A stretch of DNA of 64,000 nt from Chlorokybus atmophyticus (Eukaryota > Plantae > Mesostigma and Chlorokybus algae). Below are positions 11,191-22,756 of this stretch, one piece after another. Each line of letters starts with the position of its first letter. The first letter of the stretch is position 1. The notes under the pieces were generated by a model. It saw only the letters and a list, made by a program, of their open reading frames with translations. It made no database searches and was not told the origin of the DNA. The DNA lies in the NCBI GenBank assembly GCA_009103225.1, contig RHPI01002262.1, positions 284,080 through 348,079 of the forward strand, read 5' to 3'. Both the position numbers and the translations under genes were made by a program.

Positions 11191-14100
11191 ATGGTCACCC
11201 AAAAGCAGCCGCAGCAGCCGAAGCAGCCCTCCTCCGCCGCAGCTGCCGACGCCAACCCCACAGCCCACAACAACCACCTCAACATCAAGTCACATCTCAG
11301 CAACAAGCATCTCAACACCACCACCAACAAGGCCAGCAGCAGCGACAAGCTCAACAACATCATCAACAGTGTCAGCCATGTGAGGCTGTACGTGGGCGGG
11401 TTGCCGTCTGCAGGCGTTACGCCGGACCAGCTGGCGGAGCGGTTCAGGCCGTTTGGGACTGTGTCTGACGTGGAGATTGACTGCAAGGATAGGCGATTTG
11501 CACATCTCACGCTACTGCCCAAAGCCGCGGATAGGTAAGGGGGGGCTTTGGGGTGTTGTGATTGTGATTGTGGTTGTGGTTGTGGTTGTTCGTTTGTTTG
11601 TCTGTGGTTGGTGAAGCAGGACAGCACCATGCATCCGTTGGTGTGTTACCACTTATGTGCATGCTTGTAGTTTGTGTGGTGACTTGATGTCAATAGTAAA
11701 ACCAAGGCAACCACCAAACACCCAAACAAGCACTGGAACGTACAGACAGCAAAGTTTACCTTTCGTTCCAGCGAGCAGTTAGTGCTCAGCATGCCGCAAC
11801 AATAATGCTTGCCCATTTCAGTCAACAACCTTGGTTCACATGAAGTAAATATGCTTCGAGTCAAACTCGAAGGATAGTCTCACACTGCAATGCGACTGAC
11901 TGTTTAAGAAATCAACACGAGTGTTTTGCACGCACGTCGTTCTCCCAAATGTGACTGGCAACATGGCAAGAGTGACAACAGGACTGTGACTGTGCGTCGA
12001 CGCAATGCAACAAGTGTCACAATATACTATTGCGCCAGTGTGCAGAGGTGTTTTTCGGTGTACAATGGCGCGCGATGGCTGGGGTCAGCGCTCAGAATCG
12101 CAACATCCAAGCCGACGTTTGTGGAGCGACTTCAAGCCGAGTGGCAGGCGGATGCGGCGGCTCAAGCCATGGCTGATGACAACAGGTTTGCTTGGTAGTT
12201 TGTGCTTTGTGTTGTGAGTGGCACGCGCACGCACGCACGCATGCGCATGTGGTGCAGGCGCGCGTTCATACATCCACATACACGCGTGTGCGTGGGTGCC
12301 GTCGTGCAGACATGTGTATGTGTGTATGTGTGCTTGTGCGCGTGTATGTGTGCGTGCGTGCATGCAGGCGCCTGCGTGCGCGTGTGCGTGGTTGTGGGCG
12401 CATTCGCGTGCATGTGTGTGACTGTGTGCGCCTGTTTCTGGTTAACACACGAGTGTGTTAAGACGTTGTTTCACTCAGGGACAATGGCACAAACCTGTTG
12501 CCACACGCGCTCGCGAACCCCTCCTCCACACTTCACATACGCCCACACCCCTTAGCCAAGGAGGTAATGAGTTTAGTTTTTCTGACCAAGTAACGCCATT
12601 GAAGCATGCCATTGTCATCATCATGGTTGAATGCTGTAAGTGCTTTTGTTTTTTGTGTTGTGTTTTGTTTTTGTTTCTCATCCTTTTTATTTGGTTTGAC
12701 TTGCATCGCAGACAATTGAAGTGCCTGTAAGCGGCAGCGCCAAAAAGCACAGGCGTAACTTTCCCGAACTCACTTTTTCTTACAAACCCAACACTACTTC
12801 ATTGTGGGACCTTCTGCACACGCCATCATCAACCACACCAACCAAGCCTAAGGTTCAACCCTCCAAGCCCAAAAGCCAGCCAAACAATACAAACAACACC
12901 CCCAACACCGCATTACGAGCCAGCAACACACCCGTGACGCAAGCGCGGCCGCGGCTTTCCCTCAATGACATCCCGCATGCGACGAGGACTCCATTACATG
13001 ATGTGGATGTTGGTGATGATGATGAAAGGGTTGTGGATGACATGGAAGAAGAGCCGCCGACCCCACCGCGGCGTGATGAAAGGTTTCTCCTTCGCAACCT
13101 CAAGCGCAAAACAGTATGTATGTATGTATGTATGTATGATAACTTTATTTTCTGGCGAAAAGGCTTGCATAAGCTTGCATGCGTGTGCATGCGCTCAGTT
13201 ATATGTGACTCCGTAAAGTTATGACCCTAAAACACTCGAGATAGAAATCGTAACCCAGCACATTGATCATGTTGCTTGCTGCATGCACTTTGGAGCCTTG
13301 GTTACCATACCACATGGACCAAGAGCAGTGGTGCTGGTAATATCTCAACTTCATGCACACTTCTGAGGTTATCACATCATCAACAGGATCAAGCGGAGTC
13401 TGCTGTTGGTGCTATGAATGGTAAGTTTCATGTACTGCTGATGGATGGATTCCAACAAGTGATGCACTTGGTGTTCGTGTATTCCTGCTGTTCGCGGGTT
13501 CCCTACATACAATTTGTATTGATAAGTTTATCTTGCAGATGATATCGATCCCACTGAAAGAGAGGCACTCGACGGCGAGCGTGATCGCCAGTTGGAACTG
13601 TTATCTGCAATGTTCCCGTCACAAAACCCTGCCTCTGAAAAGTAAGCGCTGCATGAGAGCACGCGTTGGCGTGCAGTTGCGCATGCGTCTGCGTGTGTGC
13701 ATATGCTGTGACGAGTGCTTTTGCTTCCTTTAGCTATGCATGCAGCAAATCCGTTTGGTAGTGTACCCATAAGTTGCTTATCGTACCTGTAGTGCAGCAT
13801 CAGTTGCATGTGCATGCTTTGCCCGCGCGTGATGGATTGTCAAATGTGCTCTGCAGGCCTGCAGTTAACCTGCAACCGCGCGTAAAGAAGAACCTTCCCG
13901 CGTTCTCATCCACATCACGCTTTGATCCAACGCACAGTGATGACGCTGATGAAGCTGTTGACAATGGTGAACAGGTTTCAAGTGAGATAGCAGTCAAGCC
14001 TGTTGTTTCATCAGTAGCAGCATCACGAGCATTTATGAAAGAAAGGGACCCCTCTTTGCTGCTGCGCAACCTGAAGCGGTTGAAGGCTGGCACTGAGGCG

Positions 14101-14664
14101 GTTGGTGACAGCGCTGCCAATGCTGCCGGCAATGCTGAGCTGAGAAGAGGTGTTGATGCTGATAATGATGATACGAGCATTGGTGATGCGAGTGCGGGAG
14201 TTGGCAAATTATTGGAAAGTGGCAAGCAGTTGCCTGCTGCTGCGCGCAAGGAGGGCACGTGGGCGAGTCTCACTGCAGGAGGACATAAGTTTGTGCTGCA
14301 AGACTCGCAGCAACAGGCACAACGACCACCACCACCACAAAGACAGCCACAACATGAACAACAGCAGCAGCAGCAAAAACAGCCACAACCACAACCACAA
14401 CAGCAGCAGCCACAACCGCAACAACAACAGTTCCAACTACCGCAACCACAGCCACAGCCACAGCCACAGCCACAGCTACCAGCGGCTCCACTGTGCCGGT
14501 TCATGCGCAGCGGGAGTGCGGCGGAAGTGGAGGCTGAGTGGCGTGCAAAGCGGGCGACGCTGCTTGAGGACTTCAAGCGCAAGCGGCGTGCGGCTGCAAA
14601 GGACGGCACAGCGGCGGCGGCTGCAGCCAAGCGGCCCGCTCGTGGCGCGAAGACGGCACGATGA
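11191..14664 (+). CDS. NOL8: Nucleolar protein 8-like RRM protein, ~6 exons
   Basis: RRM VRLYVGGLPSAGVTPDQLAERFRPFGTVSDVEI...FAHLTL; exon 2 CFSVYNGARWLGSALRIATSKPTFVERLQAEW (NOL8-type); acidic and Gln/Pro-rich middle; C-terminal CRFMRSGSAAEVEAEWRAKRATLLEDFKRKRR. Confidence 0.75.
12190..12450. repeat. Intronic alternating purine-pyrimidine (TG/CG/CA) microsatellite-like tract; representative of many in the window
   Basis: gcacgcgcacgcacgcacgcatgcgcatgtg...gtgtatgtgtgtatgtgtgc. Similar tracts near 120-200, 26340-26480, 28640-28760, 29120-29350, 31860-31985, 32420-32520, 34135-34200, 35840-35980, 36170-36260 and 61830-61940. Confidence 0.85.
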
Positions 14665-15457
14665 GAGCGTGAATGGAGAACGTGTTCATACTGAATATCA
14701 AGGATGGTCATGTGTGGTGAGAGCTGCTCAGCACAAAGGGGCTAGTCGAGTTCACTAGTACGCTAGTCGACTAGTGTCATTGATTGTTAGTGTACTTCTT
14801 GGCACCGAGACTGCAGCGTGACACTGATGTGCATTGTCGCTGGGTTGAGTGGTATTGGGTTGTAATGACCGTGACTGTGAGCATCGCTACATTGCATGTG
14901 GGTGACAAATGATGAGCCCGGTTGCTTCTGTGCAGTGATAGATATATCCCGGGAAATGCAGAGTGTCGCTTGTGTGCGTGTGAGTGGGCGCAGATTATTT
15001 CGAGATGTTGTAGCTCTCTGCAGCACTGGTTGCGCATTGTGTTGAGACGTCGCAAGCACATCAGGGCGGCAGCAACCTGAGGGTCTGTTACATTTGCTGA
15101 GTCGTTTGCTATCAGTGAGTTTGCGACCTAATTGAAATTGAAACTGCCCACGCACGAACCGCAGTCGTGATCTTTGTGCTCAGGCCAACATGCTGCTGCA
15201 AAGGTACGTGTGCTTGATGTTGTGGTTGTTGGATCGAGTCAACACTTGTAGATATGCGGGAACAGGCGTCATGCAGAAACAGGCATCAAACACCCGGTCC
15301 TCAATTTCGGGAAAGGGTATAGCTGTAGACGTTTGACTCGCAAGCCAAAGTCAACATCTATGCCTGATGATATGTTCACTCGCGTCTTATGTCCTGCAGG
15401 TAGTATGCGCGAGAATAGCGTTGCATGCGCGAGAATGGAAGCAGCCTTCCGCATACG

Positions 15458-18400
15458 TTACAGGAAGCTGAAAATGCTCTCCATCTCTTCTCTAACACCG
15501 TGCGGTTGAGGCGTTTGGTTTTGCGAGGAAACCTGCGTGCTCTCACAAGGAGGCTCTGTGCTGTTGGTAACGGCCGCCGGAAAGAGAGACCTGATCGCAG
15601 GGTAAGGGGTCAATTGGTTGAGTTGAAGTGTAATTGGTATACCATCTACACACAGCATACACACGCACACGCGCACATGGTTGCATGAGATGCATGCAAA
15701 TCCTCACAACCATAGGTTGCCAAAAGTACCTGCGGATAGGGTGGAGCGGAGGGGTTCTGCTGGGTCTCTCCTGGGACTCAGCAATAAAGTCCAGAAGCGA
15801 ACTGCGGGGAGCTCCCATTGGCAAGGGAGGACACGCATTGCCAGGTGGAGTGCCAACCAGTCTTCCGGTAATCGGTGCTGATGATGGTGCATCCCACGCT
15901 CGGTCGTGTGCCGTGATGAAGGGCTGTTGTTGCCGTGTGTCAGTGAGGCTTTGTTGCTGCATTATTGGCCGCCATGGCTGCTGCGGAAGTTGAGGTGGAA
16001 TAGGCTGCGACTGGATGGGATTACGTGGCTGAGTCACTGAACTGGTTGAACTCTGTTGTGGGTGTTGTTGCCAAGGAGGTGTTCCATAGAGCCTTGCGAC
16101 AGGTTGCGCTTGGTGCTGCGGCCGGGCAGGTGTGCCATCAACCATGCCCGCAGGACGCATGTTGGTTGCCTGGAGTGCAGCTTGTGGGTGTTGTTGAAGC
16201 CAAGGAGGTGTTCCATACAGCCGTGCGGCAGGTTGCACTTGGTGCTGTGGCCGGGCAGGTGTGCCATAAACCATGCCCGCAGGACGCATGTTGGTTTCCT
16301 GCAGTGCAGGTCTGCAACCAGGAGCCGACAGCGAAGAGAAGGAGCTGCCAGACGCCGCGAAAGAAGGCCGCGGGACTGCGCTTGTCTTGCGCTGCATCAG
16401 CTCGAGCGCGCGGTCCGCGTCCCCAGCAAGACGCGCTTCTTTGGGTGTGTAGTTGGGTGGCAAGTCTTGCAGTGCGCTCTTGCGCTTAGCCGTGAAAGCC
16501 ACACCTGCAGACGGGTGGTCAGTGGCTTCATTGGCTAACCAGCTGCAAGGGAGTGTTTTGGTCAGTAACAGCAAAGACATTGATGAAAAGGGCAGTTTGA
16601 TGGATGGCTTACGATTGAGTGCCAAGCGCTTCTCTGCCTCAGTCAAGTTGAGCCCTTGTTTGCAGCACAGGTGCTTGCAAGCACGCTTGTCTGCGAGCGG
16701 TGAGAGAGTTTAAGCAGCCACTACATTGGTAGCAGTCATCAATGAGTGACTGTGCGGTGTCGAAAAGGAAAGCATTATCTGACCTTTGCACCTGCAGTTG
16801 CATCGCTTTCCCTTGTCCACTTTGGCTGTGCCGACAGCAGGAGCGGTAGCCTCGCCTGCAAGAGTTGAAGCTAAGACTGATATTCAGAAGATGCTGCTTG
16901 CTAAGACTTCCAAGCTAGCTACCTTGTGGTCGACTTTGGGGTTCCAACCTCGCATCCGCTTGGTTATGATCGCCAGCACTGTTGTCCGCTGCAGGCAAGT
17001 CTTCATCGGAAGCATGCTCTCTACCGCTATCAGGTGTGGTGGGGACTCTGCTTGTGCATACATGACTGTTGTCATTGCTTGTGATGTGTGATATGCTAGA
17101 TTTGAAAGCCGCATTGAGTACTGATTGCGTACATGCACAACACCAATACCCAACATGTTGGCATACCCATCTGAGTGCCCGTTGTCGTTGTCACCGTTCT
17201 GCACCCCTTCAACATCTTCTCGCTTGAGACCATCGTCAACATCGCCTTCAATGAGATCAATGACGCCGTCACCGTTGCCATCACCTTCACGTCTTGGCTG
17301 GGGTTCATTGTCGTCCACACGATGATTAGGGTTGACACCAGCATTCAGCATGTCTTGGTACACGCGGCTGTAGCCCCGCCCGCCGGGTGAGCGTGCTACA
17401 AGTGTGCGCCTTGCGCTTGCATCCAACCCAACTGTGCAACGAGTGCGTGACACTGTAAACAGGTGTTCGCAGAGCAATCCGTTGCATTGTGATTGGCCAG
17501 GTCTCACCGTATCCTTCCACAATCACATTGACGACAATCTCCATGCTCTTCACATTAGGTGGCCAGGTGACCTGGAACGTCTCTTTGTAGGGGCTGGAAC
17601 ACATGTGGAGCTGGTCAGGGCTTTGAACACACTTGTAATAAACCAACATGAGCTCTAGGTGCCGCTCAACACCGCTGCTGCAGCTCTGCGCAAAGCTCAC
17701 CTCGGGAACTTTTCCAGTCTGCAAGGACCAGCGTACCATCATCACAGCACAAGAGTGTCATTGAAGTCAGAAAGTTAACATCACAGAGAAGCATGCACCA
17801 CAGCTTGCATCTGTTGCAACTTACACCATGGTCTGATGGAGAAGGATGGTGTCATCGCGCGTGTTTCCTGCAATCTATGCAACAAGCCGAGTTGATTACT
17901 TGCATGTAACCATACTCACGTGATCATCATTAGCACTGTACCAGCACGGCTTGGTGATGAACGGTGCTTTTGCCTTCTTGCAGCCTGGTGACTGTCACAG
18001 TAGTCTCCTCTGTGTCTGGCGCCAGCTGTGTTGGTGCGCTGAGCTGAACATTGACGCAAGGTGGCAAGTTTTTCAAACTCTCCTTGATCTGGTTGCCAAA
18101 GGGGTACTTGCGGCCCGTCACAACCTCAAGCCGTCTCGGGTCCGCTGCTGCCAACTTGTCAAAACTGTCGATGCCTCCCGCCACAAGAGCCTGTGAAGAT
18201 CGCCAAGTCAATGTGGTGGTGGTGAGTATCATATACTAGTACCTTGCATCATCTTATGCCTGATACTGGTTTCCGTAACTGCATGCATCATCTTATGCCT
18301 GATACTGGCCAGTGGTATTGCTCTCTGCTTGCCTTGGATGTGATGGGTCCAATGTGTTGAAGCTGCTTTAGCACATGCTGCGTGTCAGACCACATTTTCT

Positions 18401-21400
18401 GGCGAAGGCACTTGGCAAAGGTGAGCGCGTTACACGTTGCCGCAAAGCTGCGCTTGTATGCAAAGTAATTTGCCATGCACTCCACTATCCTAACGCCATG
18501 GGACAGAACCTGGTTCAACTCCTGCATAACACATGTTTCAAACCCGAGGCGCTCAGAAGTCTACACAAAGCTATCCACTAATCGCGAGCAGCACACAACC
18601 TGGTTCAGCGCAAAGTCCAGCGTGCCCGAGTGCTCGCATGACAGTCCTTCATTGATCAGGACTACCACCTTCTCGGGACCTGCAAGCAGCTGATATGAGT
18701 ATGACTACAACAAGTGCAGCAGAAGCGTTGATTGATTCCCAAAAGGTGCTACATCGTGTAGCACAGGTGACCTGTCTGAAGCCGTTTCTTGGGCTTTGAA
18801 GCTGCTCCTTCAACAACAGGGTACTTAATGCGGCCGCTAGTGTCTTGATTGATGACGTTCAGAACCTTCTTTTCATGTCGCCGCAACCTTATCCCTGTCA
18901 GAGATTGATGTTGCTAACGCCAGAACATGGTCAACTCATGGGTTTAACACTCACAGGAGAACTCCTCAGCAAGCGACAGCATGGTCAGGATGTCTGGAAG
19001 CGTGCTGCCGGGTTTGGCGTTGACGAAGATGCGCATGGTGCGCAAGCTCAGGTAGTACCTTGCCATGAGCCGGCCAGGCTCTGGGAACGCACCAGAGAAT
19101 GAGAGCCAGTTACAGAGCTCAAGACCAAACACGGTCATCAACTCACCACATGGCGAGAAGGCAAAGCCGTCTTCATCCATAAGTATCATGCCACAGGCTG
19201 CCAGGTCGTTTAGACACTTCAGAGTCATCTCTGCGTCACATTAGCCATGCCTTGAGTATCAAGAAGCAATCAAGACTGAGGAGTAGCACAATGTTGGGGA
19301 CTCGTCAGGTGCTTTTAGTGCACACATGTACCTTTGAGTCGATGCTCAAGTTGCGCAGGAGTGAGGTCGTCCTTAATTTGGTAGTGCTTTGAGTTCTATT
19401 GTTGCATCAAGCAATGTGAGTACCAACCTGCAAAACGAAGTTGATTGCGTTTTCCTACCTTCTTGATCCTGACGTACAGGAACGAGCTCTTAAGCCAGCC
19501 GATAGCAGCACCAACGTCAAGGACAGTACGCAACACGATCTCTGCGTTCAGATGCTCTGCAAGACAGGTTGCCAGCCTGAAGTTACAGACCACAATCAGT
19601 GTGGCCTGTAATATCTTGAGCTGTACTTGGAGTTGAGGTTTTCAGGTCAATGCTTGATGAAGGCTATAACCTGACACTGTACACGTGTCAAGTTTAAGAG
19701 TCTTACTGTGACTCTACGGCTTCAGCACCCGCTGTAAGGTTCCGGTAGCGATTGACCTTCAAGAGAGCGACTGTTACCGTATCAATGCCACAACGTGCAA
19801 GCGCTCAGCAATGCAAGATGTTAGCCATGTTAACACTGGTAATCAACTTGTTACCATGTGCTGGTGTGTCATGATGACAGCTGTTCCGCAGTCATCAAAC
19901 TGTGGTCTGCCAGCTCGGCCAATCATCTGCAAGGCCAGTGTTATGGTGCCAATGCAATGACACTCAAACGGCAGATGCTGCTCCCCTGTCTACACACCAA
20001 CCTGCAGGCAGGTTGAACGCTCATATTCAACATAGCCTCCCGCTTCGCGATCACTGCATAAGTTCGCTCAATTGTAAGGCAAACAGCAAGGCTACAGTCT
20101 GTCATCTCTGTGCACTTACAATTGCTGCGTGGACTTGATGACAACCAGGTGCGCCGGGAGGTTGAGACCTTGTGCAAGCGTGCTCGTCGTGCAAATCACG
20201 CGCACGTCCGTATCGCTGAACAGCTGCTCAACAAGCGCTCTGTCTGCAGCATCCAAGGCTGCACTGTGAAAGGCAACTGCGCACACACAAATACAGCAGT
20301 CTTTCACTACAAGCGACTCAGTCTCCTGCAAAGTGTGCTCTAAACAGCAGACTCACTTCCATCTCTGATGCACATCTGAAGCCTGGTGTGTTTGGCCCGC
20401 TCACTGACAGCCTGCAGGCGTTCATGCTGAGCTTGAGACCTGACAAAGAAGCTCCTTCTTCCTGTCTTGGCGGCCTCATTCACAATGAAGACAGCGGCGT
20501 CTTCGCTGCCTTTTCGGGTGCTGCAGAATACGAGCGCTGGCTTTCCGCGTGAGTGCTCCACAATTACATCTACAAGCACAACGTGGATGTTGCAGGCAGG
20601 CGCATGTGCACGCACACAGTCCAAAAAAGCGCAGAATAGATGTCAGATGATTACCGTACCCAAGAGGTAATACTCCAGTTTCTGCGTCACGGACGCAACC
20701 AGTAAGCGTCGCAAATGACAGAGCTTTGGTGCTAGGATATCAGATGTGAAAATGCAAAAAACTCGCGCACACCTTCTCAAACATAAAGTCGTTCTTTGCG
20801 GGCGGATAGCCTGCACAGATAGCCAGTATAGAGCAAGCTTTGCTGTCATGCCAGCAGCGTTCTCCATGTACACAACAGCAACAACAGAGCCGGAACGTTG
20901 CAAGTATATTTACAGCGCGTAATTGAAGCGCATGCAGTATGTACTATACTTGACATACCGTTGACAATCGTGATGAGCTTGACGGGTCGCAGCTCCTCTC
21001 CAAAGCTAACAGGTCGAGAGTTGTACAAATTTGAACGTGTGAGGAGCTGGAGACAAACGTACAACGTGTGCATAGCAGAGCTCATGCAGTTTCCTTACCT
21101 CTTGATACCCCTGCCAGAGGCACCCAACCACTCACCTGCAAACCCAACATGCTAGTCGTTTGTGTTGCACTAACGCTCTTCAGGAAAGTAAGGTGATTGT
21201 TCCTGCGCTTCGTTCTCATATTGTGCAATGTTGAGCCTCACTGAGTGCTAGCTATCCATCTGCAACCCACCAATGTCGTGTACATTTGGAATCGTTGCAG
21301 AGATGGCAGCGAAGCGCAACCGTGCGACCGGCATCTCGCGCAAGGCTGGAAACTTGGACATCAACTTCAGACGGCAGACGATAGCCTCCACGGCCGGGCC

Positions 21401-22756
21401 GCGTGAGTCATTGAGGATGTGAACTTCATCTATGAGCAGAAGCGCAATGTCTCCAAAGAAGCTGCATAAGTAGGAGTACTTTGCATGACGCACCAGCAAG
21501 CACTGATGTCCATGCGTGTCACTAGCACGGCGCTAGGTGTTGAAGCATGGCTAGCATACAACTTCTCATTACCTCATGCCTCCACGGTCCTTGTGTTTGC
21601 GAGTGATGGAGTCAAACTTCTCCGGTGTCGCCAGGATGATGTCCGCCTCGGAGAGTTCTGTGTGGTGTCCGACATCACTGTCGCTAGTGAGCTCTTTGCA
21701 CACCAGGCCTGCATGTCAATTACCACACTTGAGACACCAGTCCATGGCAAGCTTGATGCGCGTTATATCTATTGTATTGAAACAAGGACATGTACGGACC
21801 CAACTGGCCGCTGAATTTGGTCTGCCACTCCTTCTGCTTTTCTTGAACCAAAGCCTGTGCATGACGAGTTGAAAGGCAGCGGCCAACTGGTGTGCACACT
21901 GCACTCACTGTATTGCTTGCATCGAAGTCTGCATGCTAAAGACCAGTGCATGCAGGTCTCAGCTCACACCTTAAGAGGCGCAATGTAGACCACTTTTTCA
22001 CGGGCAGAAGTGTTGCGCATAAAGCTCCCATCGGGCCGGACATACTTGCTGTAGACTCGTAGGATGGCCAGCTCAAAGATGACGGTCTTTCCTGCTCCAG
22101 TCGGTGCTGTGCAACAGTGCAAGTGGGTCGGTAGTTGAAGTAAGTAGTTTGTCAGCATGTTATGCAACAAGGCTGGTTCACCTGCAACAACCAGATTCTG
22201 GTCGGACAAGAAGGCTTCAGCGAAGGTTTCTCCTTGCACCGCGTTAAAGTAGCTGCAAGCAAGCGAAAACAGACAAACGAGGCTCAGGAAGCTTGCGATG
22301 ATTACCTACAAGCTGTCACAATGCCAGTGTGGCATTGTGACAGCTTAACAAGCAGATAGCTACACTCGTATCATCTTGCCTGAATGAAAACAGCCCTTGG
22401 AAGCAGTGCGGCAGCAGCGCCACCTCCTTGAGCGCGTCCGGGTCCTGCTCGGGACGCAGATGGAGCTGCCGCTCTGCTTCGCATGAAGTGGACAGCCACC
22501 GTTAGTAAGTCCACTGAATAAAAGCTCGACCTTCAAGAACAAAGCGCATGCTCCCAATCTCTCTGCTTACCATCTGGTGGCCACTGCCACGGCTGCAGCT
22601 GAGTGCCAGCTTGCGACCTGCAGCATGTCAGCGAGCAACTGAGAGGTGGACTTCGCTTCAAAGCACTTGACAGCTTTCAACTGGCGTTACCCCATTGACG
22701 TCTCCCCATGTGAGCTATCAAGCAGGCAAGCAGCTTTGTGGCTCCGCTGCAGCCAT
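15458..22756 (-). CDS. MER3: Meiotic DExH-box helicase MER3/HFM1 (ROCK-N-ROLLERS) with Sec63 domain, ~25 exons; start codon uncertain (22560-22756)
   Basis: APTGAGKTVIFELAIL (motif I), VVYIAPLK, LLIDEVHIL (DEVH), AAISATIPN, ALVFCSTRKG, VAFHSAAL, ICTTSTLAQGLNLPAHLVVIKST, QMIGRAGRPQFDD; Sec63 region AEHLNAEIVLRTV...WLKSSFLYVRIKK, EPGRLMARYYL; terminal MESIFSFL*, matching the plant MER3 C-terminus as recalled. Confidence 0.9.
16056..16308 (-). repeat. Two-copy coding tandem repeat (~126-129 bp) in the MER3 C-terminal tail
   Basis: ALQETNMRPAGMVYGTPARPQHQVQPAARLYGTPPWLQQHPQ followed by ALQATNMRPAGMVDGTPARPQHQAQPVARLYGTPPWQQHPQ; DNA copies visible at 16056-16180 and 16182-16308. Confidence 0.9.
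18191..18332 (-). other. GC-AG intron in MER3 (142 nt)
   Basis: AAG|GCAAGC joins IGPITSK to ALVAGGIDSF. Confidence 0.8.
22253..22379 (-). other. GC-AG intron in MER3 (127 nt)
   Basis: TTCAG|GCAAGA joins FSF-S-YFNAVQ; the nearby GT sites are in the wrong phase. Confidence 0.8.

Noticed and set aside
12085-12555. Cys/Val/His/Thr-rich short ORFs here and in many other introns
   Set aside because: Translations of (TG/CA)n intronic microsatellites.
13800-14711. 303-aa Cys-rich minus-strand ORF
   Set aside because: Antisense shadow of the NOL8 poly-Gln/Pro exon.
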